Positions 7,550 to 18,327 are shown, numbered from the stretch's first letter. The stretch: 64,000 nucleotides of DNA from an uncultured Gemmatimonadales bacterium (GCA_963716255.1 OY970303.1:1728001-1792000), one strand, 5' to 3'. Made by a program: numbers and translations. Notes: a model not told the origin generated them from the sequence alone.

Positions 7550-9862
7550 TCAGGCGTTCTTCCAGGCGTCCCAGGCGTCGAGCGTCGACAGGTTGGCGTC
7601 TTCGGCGATGACGGCGGCGAGAGGCTCCAGCCATTCGGCGTGGTCGTGGGCTTCCCGCTTCGTCCGCTCGATGTTCAGCGAGAAGTCCCATCCCGGAGAC
7701 CTGTGGCCTGCCTCTAGAAGTTTCTTGAGTTCGCTCAACGCGGCAATCTGCTGGTCGGCGGGCCTGTGCGCGAGGGAATAGAAGAACAGCTCCACTTGGA
7801 GCGGTGCAAGGTCGCCACTCAACTCCACCTCCAGCGCGCGAGTCAAAAAGTCCAATCCTTCTTCATATCGACCTACCCCGAGGAGTAATCCGGAGAAGTT
7901 GCCGAGGTTGCACGCGTCCTCGGGATCCGCAGCGAGTGCACGCCGGTAGTGCTCCTCCGCTCCGTCGTAGTCCTTCCGGATGTCCTGAAGGAAGCTTGCG
8001 TAGTTGCCAAGGTTGTTCGCGTGCTCGGGATCCACAGCCAGTGCACGCCGGTAGTGCTCCTCCGCTCCGTCGTAGTCCTTCCGGATGTCCTGAAGGAAGC
8101 TTGCGTAGTTGCCAAGGTTGTTCGCGTGCTCGGGATCCGCAGCCAGTGCACGCCGGTAGTGCTCCTCCGCTCCATCGTAGTTCTTCCGGATGTCCTGAAG
8201 GAAGTTTGCGTAGTTGCCGAGGATGTTCGCGTCCTCGGGATCCGCAGCCAGTGCACGCCGGTAGTGCTCCTCCGCTCCGTCGTAGTCCTTCCGGATTTTC
8301 TTGAGGAAGTTTGCGTAGTTGCCGAGGTGGTTCGCGTGCTCAGGATCCGCAGCCAGTGCACGCCGGTAGTGCTCCTCCGCTCCGTCGTAGTTCTTCCGGA
8401 TATTCCGGAGGAAGCTTGCGTAGTTGCCGAGGTGGTTCGCTTGCTCGGGATCCGCAGCCAGTGCACGCCGGTAGTGCTCCTCCGCTCCGTCGTAGTCCTT
8501 CCGGATGTCCTGGAGGAAGTTTGCGTAGTTGCCGAGGTGGTTCGCGTGCTCGGGATCCGCAGCCAGTGCACGCCGGTAGTGCTCCTCTGCTCCGTCGTAG
8601 TCCTTCCGGATTTTCTTGAGGAAGTTTGCGTAGTTGCCGAGGAGGTTCGCGTGCTCGGGGTCCGCAGCCAGTGCACGCCGGTAGTGCTCCTCCGCGCCAT
8701 CGTAGTCCTTCCGAAACTTTTCGAGAAACAATGCAAAATTACCGAGCAATGGCGCCGAAGTGGGGAACTGCTCCAGGCCGCGCCGGTAAATCGCCTCCGC
8801 TTGGTCAGGATCATTCATTTCGAAGCGCGTTGCCTCCAAGGAAACGGCAAACCAAGACCGGAAGGATTGGTCCGTTCTCTTTAGGGCTTCCTTGAGTGCA
8901 GATGCGTCAGGCGCTGCATCAGGAAGTGCCGTGACCCGTGCCGACAAATCTTTGTATGTATTCGTATATCGCTCGAACACATCCTCGAATCTCTTGCGCT
9001 CCGGGTGCGGCAGGTCGAAGGCATCGCGAACCAACAGCATGAATTCGTCGAAGTCACCCTTCTCCACCCAGATGGCGTTCCGTCTCTCCAGCCAATCACC
9101 TAGCTGACACTTCGGCTCCTCCCCACTTACCCAGTACACACCCAGAGGAAGAGCCTCAGGTGGAAGGTTTTGGAGCATCCTCGCGATGCTCTGGTCGCTG
9201 CCCCCGTAGCCGATGAAGATCAGGCCCCGGTCGTTGAGCACGGGCCGGACCTGGCTTTCAATTCCCGCCTGGAGCCGCTGGGTCTCCTCCGACGTGTTCT
9301 GCGGGGTCAGACGGTTGTCGCCGTGGAGCTTGACTACCAGGGGGCGAGTCCGTGTGGGCCTGATGAACGACGCAAGCGACTCGTGATGGATGATGAGTGG
9401 GCGAGCTTTCGTGAACAGGTAGAGCGCGTCGGCCACCAGGTCGTCGAAATTGGTGGTGAGCACCACGTTGAAAGCCCCACCCTCCATCGCCATCAGCCTC
9501 GCCAGGGTCGCATACCCGAATCCGGGAAACTTCCCGTCGCAAAGGCGCTCGATCTCTCTTTGCCGCTCCTCTGGCAGGAAGAACAATCTCTCCATGACCG
9601 GCCCATAAGACGCGGCAGGGAACCTGGGATCATACTCAGGGAACTCGACTCGGGCCCATGCGTCGCCGTCGTCTCGGTGTGGAGCGACCAGGTCCTTCAG
9701 CCGGGGGAGCCAGTGGTCTCGAACCAGCCCGCCTGCCGCTGGGATATCGGACGAAACTGAGCACCCCGCGCCCAGGAAGAATGCGAACCGCTTGTCCGAC
9801 TCGCGGCTGGTGTCCCGGAGGCGACGCGCGAACTCGTCTGCGGAGATCTTGCGGAGCGGCAT
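7550..9862 (-). CDS. SIR2-like domain fused to a TPR array (candidate NADase effector)
   Basis: [22 protein letters not shown] motifs; eight 35-aa TPR-like repeats; start at MPLRK (770 aa). Confidence 0.88.
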   Translation of the reverse strand: MPLRKISADEFARRLRDTSRESDKRFAFFLGAGCSVSSDIPAAGGLVRDHWLPRLKDLVAPHRDDGDAWARVEFPEYDPRFPAASYGPVMERLFFLPEERQREIERLCDGKFPGFGYATLARLMAMEGGAFNVVLTTNFDDLVADALYLFTKARPLIIHHESLASFIRPTRTRPLVVKLHGDNRLTPQNTSEETQRLQAGIESQVRPVLNDRGLIFIGYGGSDQSIARMLQNLPPEALPLGVYWVSGEEPKCQLGDWLERRNAIWVEKGDFDEFMLLVRDAFDLPHPERKRFEDVFERYTNTYKDLSARVTALPDAAPDASALKEALKRTDQSFRSWFAVSLEATRFEMNDPDQAEAIYRRGLEQFPTSAPLLGNFALFLEKFRKDYDGAEEHYRRALAADPEHANLLGNYANFLKKIRKDYDGAEEHYRRALAADPEHANHLGNYANFLQDIRKDYDGAEEHYRRALAADPEQANHLGNYASFLRNIRKNYDGAEEHYRRALAADPEHANHLGNYANFLKKIRKDYDGAEEHYRRALAADPEDANILGNYANFLQDIRKNYDGAEEHYRRALAADPEHANNLGNYASFLQDIRKDYDGAEEHYRRALAVDPEHANNLGNYASFLQDIRKDYDGAEEHYRRALAADPEDACNLGNFSGLLLGVGRYEEGLDFLTRALEVELSGDLAPLQVELFFYSLAHRPADQQIAALSELKKLLEAGHRSPGWDFSLNIERTKREAHDHAEWLEPLAAVIAEDANLSTLDAWDAWKNA
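7896..8713. repeat. coding tandem repeat, 105-bp unit x ~8
   Basis: GTGCACGCCGGTAG recurs at 7936, 8041, 8146, 8251, 8356, 8461, 8566, 8671. Confidence 0.97.
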
Positions 9863-10032
9863 GTTCTGATGGAAGCGGCGGGAGTCGGCAATGGCGCGCA
9901 CTGAATCTGAAGGCCTGTTCTCCCGTGAGCAACCGTTTCCGCCTACCGGTGTCCGGAGACAACCCCTGGCCCGCCCCTTGCCTCCCCGTCCCGGAGCAAA
10001 CGTCCGACGCAGGCACACCCACGAACCGCCCC

Positions 10033-11730
10033 GTGACCACCGCGACACAGAACACTCCCGAAGCCCTCCGGATCACCCTCCGGACCAGCTTCGGCCTGGA
10101 AGACTTCCGCCCCGGGCAGGAGCAGGTGATCCGCGCCGCCCTGGAGGGCCGCGACGCCATCGCCGTGATGCCCACGGGCGCCGGCAAGTCGCTGATCTAC
10201 CAGCTCCCCGCCCTGCACCTCCCCGGCCTCACGCTGGTCGTCTCGCCGCTCATCGCGCTGATGAAGGACCAGACCGACAAGCTGGAGGAGCTGGGCGTGG
10301 ACGCGCTCACCATCAACTCCGGCCTGACGCAGCGCCAGCAGACCGCCAACGAGCAGGCCGTGGAGCGCGGCGAGGGCAAGATCCTGTACGTGACGCCGGA
10401 GCGCTTCCGCGACCGCGACTTCTTCGAGGTGCTGCTGGAGCGCAGGGTGTCGCTGTTCGTGGTGGACGAGGCGCACTGCGTGTCGCAGTGGGGGCACGAC
10501 TTCCGCCCCGACTACATGATGCTGGGCGCCATCGCCGACCGGCTGGGGCGCCCGCCCGTGCTGGCGCTCACCGCCACCGCGTCGCCCGAGGTGCGCGACG
10601 ACATCGCCCACCAGCTACGCATGCGCGACCCGTTCGTGCTGGTGGCCGACCTGGTGCGCCCCAACCTGTTCTTCGAGGTGCTCCCCACCGTCAACGAGTC
10701 CGAAAAGGACGCGGCGCTGGAGCGCATCCTCCGCAGGACCGAGGGAACCGGGATCGTGTACGTGGCCACCGTCAAGGAGGCCGAGCGCATCCACGAGCAG
10801 TTCGGCGGGCGGCACGCGCTGGCGCTGTACCACGGCAAGCTCCCCGCAAAGGAGCGGCACGAAGCGCAGGAACAGTTCATGGCGGGCGAGGTCAAGGCCG
10901 TGGTCGCCACCAACGCCTTCGGGCTGGGGATCGACAAGCCGGACATCCGCTTCATCGTGCACTTCCATTTCCCCGGCTCGCTGGAAGCGTACTACCAGGA
11001 GGCCGGGCGTGCCGGGCGCGACGGCGAGACCTCCCGCTGCTCGATCCTGTACCGGGTGGAGGACCAGGCGGTGCAGGGCTACTTCCTGGGGGGAAAGTAC
11101 CCGGACATCATCGAGGCCGCGCAGGTGGCGCGCGTGGTCAACGCCATGCCGCTGGAGGAGCGGCGCGCCCTGGACGAGATCGCCGAGATCGCGGACGTGC
11201 CCCGTCGCAAGGCGCGCATCGTCCTCACCCTGCTCAAGCGGCACGGGATGATGCGCGAGCACCGCGGCGGCGCCTGGGAGCGCCTGGCCAAGGACGTCAC
11301 CACCGCCGACCTGAGCCGCGAGCTGATCGACTACGAGGAGCGCCGCAAGCGCGACCGCGAGAAGCTGGAGGTGATGATCCGCTACTGCCGCACCGCCCGC
11401 TGCCGCACCCGGATGATCCTGGAGTACTTCGGCGAGGAGCACCCGGACGACTTCCGCTGCGGCCACTGCGACAACGACGCCGGCGGATCGCCGCGTCCGG
11501 AGGCGGCGCGGGACGAGGCCAGGGCCGAGGCGCCGGTGACCGCCGACGCGACCTCGCAGAACGGCGGGGCAATGGAAGACGTGCCGCACGCGCTGTGGGC
11601 GGGAGAGGAGGTGCGCCACGACACCTTCGGGGAGGGAGTGGTTCTGCAGGTGTCCGCCGACCGGGCGGAGGTGGACTTCGCCGGGCACGGGACGCGGACT
11701 GTGAAGCTGGAGTTCCTGGAGCGGATGTGA
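10033..11730 (+). CDS. recQ: RecQ-family ATP-dependent DNA helicase
   Basis: [32 protein letters not shown], Zn site CR..CGHCDN; GTG start inferred. Confidence 0.93.
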   Translation: MTTATQNTPEALRITLRTSFGLEDFRPGQEQVIRAALEGRDAIAVMPTGAGKSLIYQLPALHLPGLTLVVSPLIALMKDQTDKLEELGVDALTINSGLTQRQQTANEQAVERGEGKILYVTPERFRDRDFFEVLLERRVSLFVVDEAHCVSQWGHDFRPDYMMLGAIADRLGRPPVLALTATASPEVRDDIAHQLRMRDPFVLVADLVRPNLFFEVLPTVNESEKDAALERILRRTEGTGIVYVATVKEAERIHEQFGGRHALALYHGKLPAKERHEAQEQFMAGEVKAVVATNAFGLGIDKPDIRFIVHFHFPGSLEAYYQEAGRAGRDGETSRCSILYRVEDQAVQGYFLGGKYPDIIEAAQVARVVNAMPLEERRALDEIAEIADVPRRKARIVLTLLKRHGMMREHRGGAWERLAKDVTTADLSRELIDYEERRKRDREKLEVMIRYCRTARCRTRMILEYFGEEHPDDFRCGHCDNDAGGSPRPEAARDEARAEAPVTADATSQNGGAMEDVPHALWAGEEVRHDTFGEGVVLQVSADRAEVDFAGHGTRTVKLEFLERM

Positions 11731-11756
11731 GCTTGAAGGCTTTTTACGGCGAGGTT

Positions 11757-11886
11757 GGGCGTGCCCCCGGCTGGCGCCGGGGTCGGGCTTCGGCTCCGTA
11801 GGGCTGCAAACAACGCAGCCCAACGGAGTCGAGCCCCGCGAAACTGCCCGCGGGTCTCGCCCCTTCGGGCCGTAATCCCTCACGCG
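11757..11886 (+). repeat. family A structured repeat, copy 2
   Basis: Alignment to copy 1; variable stem GGGCTGC/GCAGCCC. Confidence 0.95.
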
Positions 11887-12043
11887 ACGGCATCAGCCAC
11901 GGGCCGGACCGGTTTCGGTCCGGCCCGCGTCGTTCCAACCAAGTGGACGGTCGCCCCATCCAAGCTGCACAGCCGGGCCGCCCGCCGCTCCGCGCGGGCT
12001 CGCTCTCTTCCACCGACCGTCCCACCCGCACCCGCGTACCTCC

Positions 12044-14758
12044 ATGCTCCCCTGGCGGACCTCCACCGCATCCGTCCTCGTCGTGCTCGGGCTCTCCGCG
12101 CCCGCGGCCGCGCAGCAGGGCCCGCACTCCACCGGCACCGTCCCGCGGGTCCAGGCGGTGGAGCGCACCGTCCCGGTCGTGGTCGACGGCCGGCTGGACG
12201 AGGCGGTGTGGCGGACCGCCGCGCCCGCGACCGGCTTCGTGCAGCAGGACCCCAGCGAGGGTCAGCCCGCTACGCAGCGCACCGAGGTCCGCCTGGCGTA
12301 CGACGGCGACGCGCTCTACGTGGCGGCGCGGATGTTCGACTCGCTGGGCGCGGCCGGCGTGCGCAACCGCCTGTTCCGCCGCGACCAGGTGTCCAGCGGC
12401 GACTACGTGCAGCTCACCTTCGACACCTACCACGACCACACCGGCGTCACCGCCATCCTGGTCAACCCGTCGGGGGTCAAGAACGACGCCGGGCAGGCGT
12501 CCGCGTACGCCGACCCCTCGTGGGACCCGGTCTACACCGTGGCCGCGCGCACCGACTCCCTGGGGTGGACCGCCGAGCTCCGCATCCCCTTCAGCCAGCT
12601 GCGCTTTCCGCGCGACAGCGTGCAGACGTGGGGAATGCAGGTCACCCGCTTCGTGGAGCGCCTCAACGAGACCTCCACGTGGAGCTTCTGGAAGAAGAGC
12701 GAGAGCGGCGGCCCCGCGCGCTACGGGCACCTGGAAGGGGTGCGCGCACCGCGCAGCCGGGGGCGCATGGAGCTGCTGCCGTACGCGCTCAGCCGCGCCA
12801 GCTACGTGCAGCCCTCGCAGCCCGGCAGCCCGTTCCAGAGCGAGAGCGAGTACAGCACGCGGGTGGGGGCCGACCTCAAGTACCAGCTCAGCTCCACGCT
12901 GACGCTCGACGCCACCGTCAACCCGGACTTCGGCCAGGTGGAGGTGGACCCGGCCGTGGTGAACCTGTCCGCGTACGAGACCTTCTACGCCGAGCGACGA
13001 CCCTTCTTCGTGGAGGGGAGCGGGCTGTTCGGCTTCGGCAACTTCTCCTGCTTCAACTGCTCCAACGTGTCGTCCATGTCGCTCTTCTACTCGCGGCGCA
13101 TCGGGCGCGCGCCGCAGGGCGGAGTGACGCTGGGCGGCGCGGAGTACGTGCACACCCCCGAGAGCAGCACCATCCTGGGCGCGGCAAAGGTCACCGGGCG
13201 CACGCGGAGCGGCCTGCAGGTGGGGCTGATGGACGCCGTCACACGGTCGGAGCGCGCGCTCGTGCAGGACACCCTGGGCGGCCGACTCTCGGAGGAGGTG
13301 GAGCCCGCCAGCAACTACTTCGTGGGGCGGGTGCGGCAGAACCTGCGCGGCGGCAACCTGTCGCTGGGCGCCATCGCGACCTCGGTGGTCCGGCGGTTCG
13401 ACTCCGACGCGCTGGAGCGGCGGCTCCCCGGCCACGCGGAAGCCGCGGGGGTAGACTGGGAGGCGTGGTGGGGCGACCGCACCTACCGCCTGATGGGCAA
13501 CCTCGCCGTGTCCAGCGCGGCGGGCGACTCGAGCGCCGTGCTGCGGCTGCAGCGCTCGTCCGCCCGCTACTTCCAGCGGCCGGACCGGCAGGCCGGCGGC
13601 AACGGGGTGTTCTCGGACCTGATGGACCCCTCGGCCACGGCGCTGCGCGGCCACGGGGGCTACCTGCGGCTGGCCAGGGACGCGGGCGAGTGGCAGTGGG
13701 AAGGGCAGGTCAACTACCGCAGCCCCGGGTTCGAGGTGAACGACGCCGCCTTCCTGAACCGCGCCGACTACGTGTGGACCCTGGCCAACGTGATGCGCCG
13801 CTGGAACACGCCCACGCGGACGTACCGCTGGTGGCAGGCCATCCTGGGCGGCCAGCAGGAGCACAACTTCGACGGCGACCGCACCGCCGCCCAGCTGCAC
13901 TTCTTCACGGGCGGGCAGCTGTCCAACTACTGGAACGTGGCGTTCTACACGGAGCTGAAGCCCGAGGTGAACGACGACCGCCTGACGCGCGGCGGGCCGG
14001 TGGTGCGCCAGCCGGGCGAGCACCTGCTGCACGCCCGCATGAGCACCGACCCGCGCGACAAGCTGCTGTACTCGCTCAGCGGCGACTACGTGCCCGACAC
14101 GGACGGGGGGAGCTACACCGGCGTCAACGCGAGCGTCCGCTACCGGCCCGGGCCCAACGTCACGCTCACGCTCGGGCCGTCGTACAGCTTCACGCGCAAC
14201 ACCCAGCAGTTCGTGCTGCGGCGCGACGACGCCACCGCCACCCACTTCAGCGGGCAGCGGACGGTGGTCGGCGACCTGGCGCAGCACCAGCTTTCCATGA
14301 ACACGCGGCTGAACTGGACGTTCACGCCCACGCTCTCGCTGGAGCTCTTCGCGCAGCCGTTCTTGTTCGCCGGCGACTACTCGCGCTTCAGCGAGTTCAC
14401 CGGGCCCCGGACGCTCCGGAAGATGCAGTACGGCGAGGACTTCGGCAGCCTCTGCCACGACGAGGAATCCAACCGCTACACGGCCGACCCCAATGGCGAC
14501 TGCGCCTCGCCGGCCGCGCGCTCGGCCCAGGCGTTCTCGTTCGACAACCCCGACCTGAACGTGCGCTCGCTGCGTGGCAACGCGGTTCTCCGCTGGGAGT
14601 ACCGCCCCGGCTCCACGCTCTTTCTGGTGTGGCAGCAGCAGCGCGCCGGCGGGGAACCGTTCGGCGACTTCGACCTGGGGCGCGACGCGGGCGGCATCTT
14701 CCGGCAGCGCGCGGACAACGTGTTCGTCATCAAGGCGAGCTACTGGATCGGGCGGTAA
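12044..14758 (+). CDS. DUF5916-type outer-membrane protein with CBM9-like N-domain
   Basis: Signal peptide, VDGRLDEAVW, AELRIPFSQLRF, TVNPDFGQVEVD, ERRPFFVEG, YSRRIG. Confidence 0.82.
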   Translation: MLPWRTSTASVLVVLGLSAPAAAQQGPHSTGTVPRVQAVERTVPVVVDGRLDEAVWRTAAPATGFVQQDPSEGQPATQRTEVRLAYDGDALYVAARMFDSLGAAGVRNRLFRRDQVSSGDYVQLTFDTYHDHTGVTAILVNPSGVKNDAGQASAYADPSWDPVYTVAARTDSLGWTAELRIPFSQLRFPRDSVQTWGMQVTRFVERLNETSTWSFWKKSESGGPARYGHLEGVRAPRSRGRMELLPYALSRASYVQPSQPGSPFQSESEYSTRVGADLKYQLSSTLTLDATVNPDFGQVEVDPAVVNLSAYETFYAERRPFFVEGSGLFGFGNFSCFNCSNVSSMSLFYSRRIGRAPQGGVTLGGAEYVHTPESSTILGAAKVTGRTRSGLQVGLMDAVTRSERALVQDTLGGRLSEEVEPASNYFVGRVRQNLRGGNLSLGAIATSVVRRFDSDALERRLPGHAEAAGVDWEAWWGDRTYRLMGNLAVSSAAGDSSAVLRLQRSSARYFQRPDRQAGGNGVFSDLMDPSATALRGHGGYLRLARDAGEWQWEGQVNYRSPGFEVNDAAFLNRADYVWTLANVMRRWNTPTRTYRWWQAILGGQQEHNFDGDRTAAQLHFFTGGQLSNYWNVAFYTELKPEVNDDRLTRGGPVVRQPGEHLLHARMSTDPRDKLLYSLSGDYVPDTDGGSYTGVNASVRYRPGPNVTLTLGPSYSFTRNTQQFVLRRDDATATHFSGQRTVVGDLAQHQLSMNTRLNWTFTPTLSLELFAQPFLFAGDYSRFSEFTGPRTLRKMQYGEDFGSLCHDEESNRYTADPNGDCASPAARSAQAFSFDNPDLNVRSLRGNAVLRWEYRPGSTLFLVWQQQRAGGEPFGDFDLGRDAGGIFRQRADNVFVIKASYWIGR

Positions 14759-14778
14759 TCCTCTAAACAGAAGGGTTC

Positions 14779-15211
14779 GGGCGTGCCCCCGGCTGGCGCC
14801 GGGGTCGGGCTTCGGCTCCGTAAGCCCGCAAACAACGCGGGCTAACGGAGTCGAGCCCCGGCGGAAACAGCCCCGCCGGGTCTGAGCAGCCGGGATGATG
14901 CTTGACACTTTGGACCGGGAGGATGCTTGACACTCCCTCCCGTTCCTACCAAGGACTTACGCTGTTTCTGACCAGAGAGCAGTGAGGGATCCCCTCAGTG
15001 CTACCCTCTCCTACGGCAGGGGGCAACACCGAGCAGCAGTGAGGGTTACCCTACCTAAGCATTCAGCAAAGCGCTTGGGATTCGATCCATTGCCTAGTCG
15101 CTGCGCCGAAGTCTCTCTCATCAGGGAGTGTCAAGCATCCTCCCGGTCTATTCTGTCAACCATCAACCCGGTCCATACCGTCTCGCCCCTCCGGGCCGAA
15201 ATCCCTCACGC
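14779..15211 (+). repeat. family A copy 3, split by the MITE
   Basis: 5' part 14779-14882 and 3' part 15180-15211 rejoin to a full unit. Confidence 0.9.
14883..15179. mobile_element. 297-bp non-autonomous element (MITE or internally deleted IS)
   Basis: Perfect 26-bp inverted repeat (14913-14938 / 15123-15148) plus outer degenerate boxes; apparent GTC duplication; lower-GC interior; no transposase. Confidence 0.85.
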
Positions 15212-15240
15212 AGACCCCGCGCTTTCGCGTCCGCCCGTCG

Positions 15241-16926
15241 TCAGCGCGGGCGGCGCAGCGCCCGCCCGGGCCGCGCCCCGGTCACCGCCCCGTCCCTCAC
15301 CACCGGCGCGCCGTTGACCAGCACGTGGCGGATGCCCACGGGAGTCTGCACCGGGTCCTCGAAGGTGCCGCGGTCGCAGACGGTGGCGGGGTCGAAGAGC
15401 GTCAGGTCGGCGTACATCCCCTCCTTGACCACGCCGCGGTCGTCCAGCCCCACGCGGGCGGCGGGGAGCGCGGTGAACTTGCGGACCGCGTCCTCCAGCG
15501 GGATGACGCGGCGCTCGCGCACGTAGCGGCAGAGGATGCGGGGAAAGGAGCCGTAGGCGCGCGGGTGCGGCTTGCCGGTGATGGTGGAGTCGGCGGCGCG
15601 CGCCCCGGCGTCGATCCCCACGCTCACCCACGGCTGCTTCATGGCGTACTCGATGTCCTCCTCGGACATGGAGAAGTAGATGGCGGACGTGGACGCGCGG
15701 TCGGCGAGGAGCACGTCGAAGAGCGCGTCCACCACCTCCTGCCCGCGGGCGCGGGCCACCTCGTCCAGCCGCATCCCCTGGTACCTGCGCAGCGAGTCGG
15801 TGCCCACGCCGGCGATCATCACCCCGTGCGGCCCCCCGGCGGAGGTGCCGATGCGCCAGTCGGAGCCGCCGCCGCCATCGCCCGTCAGCTCGGCGCGCAG
15901 CCGGGCGCGGGTGGCGGGGTCGCGCATGCGCGCAAGCAGCGAGTCGGTGCCGCCGGCGTGGGCCCAGTTGGGGATGATGGCGTCCAGCCCGGTGCCGGAG
16001 GCGGCGTACGGGTACTGGTCGGCGGTGACGTCCACGCCGCGGGAGCGCGCCGCCTCGATGGCGGCGACCGCCTGCGGCATCTTCCCCCAGTTGGCGCGGC
16101 CGGACGCCTTGAGGTGGTGCACCTGCACCCAGGTGCCCGCCCCCTCGCCGATGGCGATGGCCTCCTCCACGGCCTCCACCAGGCGGTCGCCCTCGTTGCG
16201 GATGTGCGAGGCGTACCCCCCGCCGTAGCGCGCCGCGACGCGGGCCAGCTCCGTGACCTCCTCGCGCGAGGCAAAGGACGCCGGGGCGTAGATGAGCCCG
16301 CTGGAAAGGCCCATGGCGCCCTGCCGCATGGCCTCGGCGACGTGCGCCTTCATCCGCTCCAGCTCCTCCGGCGTGGGCGCGCGGTCCGTGTCGCCCATGA
16401 CCGCGCGCCGCACCGAGCCCACGGTGACGAAGGTGCCCAGGTTGATGGCGGGGCGCGCCGCCTCCAGCGCGCGGAAGTAGCCGTCCAGGTCGCGCCAGGC
16501 GACCCGCTCGCGCCCGCCGCCCAGCTCGCGCAGGGTGTTCTCGTTGACGGGGACGACGCTGGTGACCTCGCCGGTGATCTCGGACGTGATCCCCTGGGTG
16601 ATCTTGGAGACCGCCCGCCCGTCGCGCAGCAGCGGGTACTCGGAGTGCCCCAGCATGTCGATGAACCCCGGCGCCACCACCAGCCCGGTGGCGTCGATGG
16701 TGTCGCGCGCCCGCGCCCCCGGGAGCAGCCCCACCGCCGCGATGCGGTCGCCGCGGATCGCCACGTCGCCGCGGTACCACGGGCTCCCCGTGCCGTCCAC
16801 GATGCGCCCCCCGCGGATCAGCAGGTCGTAGGGCCGCGCCCCGCCGGTCCCCGCACCCGGGTTTGCGGCGCACGCCGCGAGAGCGGCCAGGGACACCACG
16901 GCGGCTGCGGAGCGGAGCGTGTGCAT
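15241..16926 (-). CDS. N-acyl-D-amino-acid deacylase family amidohydrolase (lipoprotein)
   Basis: APGFIDMLGHS, SHIRNE, HHLK, DQYPY, PHPRAYGSFPR; lipobox LAAC. Confidence 0.9.
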   Translation of the reverse strand: MHTLRSAAAVVSLAALAACAANPGAGTGGARPYDLLIRGGRIVDGTGSPWYRGDVAIRGDRIAAVGLLPGARARDTIDATGLVVAPGFIDMLGHSEYPLLRDGRAVSKITQGITSEITGEVTSVVPVNENTLRELGGGRERVAWRDLDGYFRALEAARPAINLGTFVTVGSVRRAVMGDTDRAPTPEELERMKAHVAEAMRQGAMGLSSGLIYAPASFASREEVTELARVAARYGGGYASHIRNEGDRLVEAVEEAIAIGEGAGTWVQVHHLKASGRANWGKMPQAVAAIEAARSRGVDVTADQYPYAASGTGLDAIIPNWAHAGGTDSLLARMRDPATRARLRAELTGDGGGGSDWRIGTSAGGPHGVMIAGVGTDSLRRYQGMRLDEVARARGQEVVDALFDVLLADRASTSAIYFSMSEEDIEYAMKQPWVSVGIDAGARAADSTITGKPHPRAYGSFPRILCRYVRERRVIPLEDAVRKFTALPAARVGLDDRGVVKEGMYADLTLFDPATVCDRGTFEDPVQTPVGIRHVLVNGAPVVRDGAVTGARPGRALRRPR

Positions 16927-16990
16927 GGCGGGTTCGAGAGTCATGCCGGATGCGGTGTGATGGAGGTGAAGGGGGTGAAGGGCCGGGTTC

Positions 16991-17123
16991 GGGCGTGCCC
17001 CCGGCTGCGCCGGGGTCGGGCTGCGGCTCCGTAACGCACGAAACAACCGTGCGTAACGGAGGCGAGCCCCGGCGGAAACAGCCCCGCCGGGTCTCGCCGC
17101 TTCGCGCTCGCATCCCTCACGCG
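16991..17123 (+). repeat. family A copy 4 (subtype CTGCGG..TCGCAT)
   Basis: Alignment; stem ACGCACG/CGTGCGT. Confidence 0.93.
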
Positions 17124-17210
17124 AACATCGCGCTGGCGTCCGCGGGAGGCCCCCACCCGGCTCGCTCGAGGCTCGCCACCCTCCCCCGTTCCGGGGGAGG
17201 GGGTCGCCGT

Positions 17211-17372
17211 CGCAGTTCCCGCAGTATCCCTCAAAAGATGTCGCGGAGGGAAACTCGCGCGGCGGTTTGCGCGAGGTTCCCGGAGCCGGAGCGGAGACAG
17301 CGGGCAGTTTCCGCTGGCTCCGCGACCCGCGCAGGAGACGGACGGCTGTATCGTCCGGCTCCGGAGCGGCCC
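17211..17372 (+). repeat. family B copy 2
   Basis: Three module hairpins, ends CCGGAGCGGCCC; preceded by a family C unit at ~17150-17203. Confidence 0.88.
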
Positions 17373-17406
17373 CAACGCAAGATCCAGCCGGAGACGGACC
17401 CCTTCT

Positions 17407-18327
17407 TCAGCCGGATGCGAGAGATGCACGCGCGAACCGCAGCGCCCCCGCGACCGCATCGGCGACGGGAGGCACCACGCGGAACACCGGGTCGGCGGCG
17501 GCGAGCGCCCGCTCCACCCGCCCCGAGTACAGCGCCGTGCCCAGCACGCCCCCGTGGAACACCACCGGCACCACGCCCGGCCACGGGTCCAGGTGGCAGC
17601 GCAGCGCCACCGCGTGCTCGGCGAGCGCGCGCGCCTCCGCCTCCACCAGCCGGAGCGCCACCGCGTCCCCCGCCTCCGCCGCGCGGATCACGGGCGCCGC
17701 GAGCGCCGCGATCTCGGCCTTGGCGGCGCGCCCCGCCCACGGCGGGATCCCCGGGGCGCCCTCCACGCCCAGCAGCTCCAGGAACAGCGGGAGCAGCCGC
17801 GTCTGCTCGCCGCGCCCGTCGATGGCGCGGAGCGCCGCCACCAGCCCCGCCCGCCCGATGGCGAAGCCGCTCCCCTCGTCCCCCACCACCATCCCCCACC
17901 CGCCGCAGCGCTCCACCCGCCCGTCCGGCCCCCGCCCGTACGCCACGGAGCCGGTGCCGGCGATGAGCAGGATCCCCGCCTCGCCGCCGAGCGACCCTTC
18001 CAGCGCCGTCTCGCCGTCGGTGACCACCTCCACCCGCGCGGCCACCCCGGCGGCCAGCAGCGAAGCGCGCACCGCCTCGCGCTCGGCCCGGTTCCCCACC
18101 CCGGCCAGCCCGGCGCAGAGCACGGCCGGCGTGCCGGCGAGCCCGGCGGCGGCGACGGCCTCGCGCACCACGGCGGCGACCACCTCCGCCGCGGCGGTGG
18201 GGTGGCGCGGGTCCACCAGCCCGGCGGGCCCGGTGTGGCGGACCAGCTCGCGTCCGCTCTCGTCGGCGAGGGCGACGAGGGTCTTGGTGCCCCCCCCGTC
18301 CACCCCGGCCAGGATGCGCTTCGCCAA
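17407..18327 (-). CDS. BadF/BadG-type N-acetylglucosamine/MurNAc kinase
   Basis: GVDGGGTKT, IAGTGS, GGWG..GDEGSG; TTG start inferred directly after the nagB stop. Confidence 0.9.
   Translation of the reverse strand: MAKRILAGVDGGGTKTLVALADESGRELVRHTGPAGLVDPRHPTAAAEVVAAVVREAVAAAGLAGTPAVLCAGLAGVGNRAEREAVRASLLAAGVAARVEVVTDGETALEGSLGGEAGILLIAGTGSVAYGRGPDGRVERCGGWGMVVGDEGSGFAIGRAGLVAALRAIDGRGEQTRLLPLFLELLGVEGAPGIPPWAGRAAKAEIAALAAPVIRAAEAGDAVALRLVEAEARALAEHAVALRCHLDPWPGVVPVVFHGGVLGTALYSGRVERALAAADPVFRVVPPVADAVAGALRFARASLASG

Noticed and set aside
7896..8713. CRISPR array
   Set aside because: Units are contiguous 105-bp in-frame coding repeats with no unique spacers, and no cas genes are present.
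7949..8884. Hydrophobic repeat ORF on the + strand
   Set aside because: Antisense reading of the TPR array.
7550..9862. Complete diversity-generating retroelement
   Set aside because: No reverse transcriptase, Avd or separate template repeat in the window; kept only as a hypothesis.
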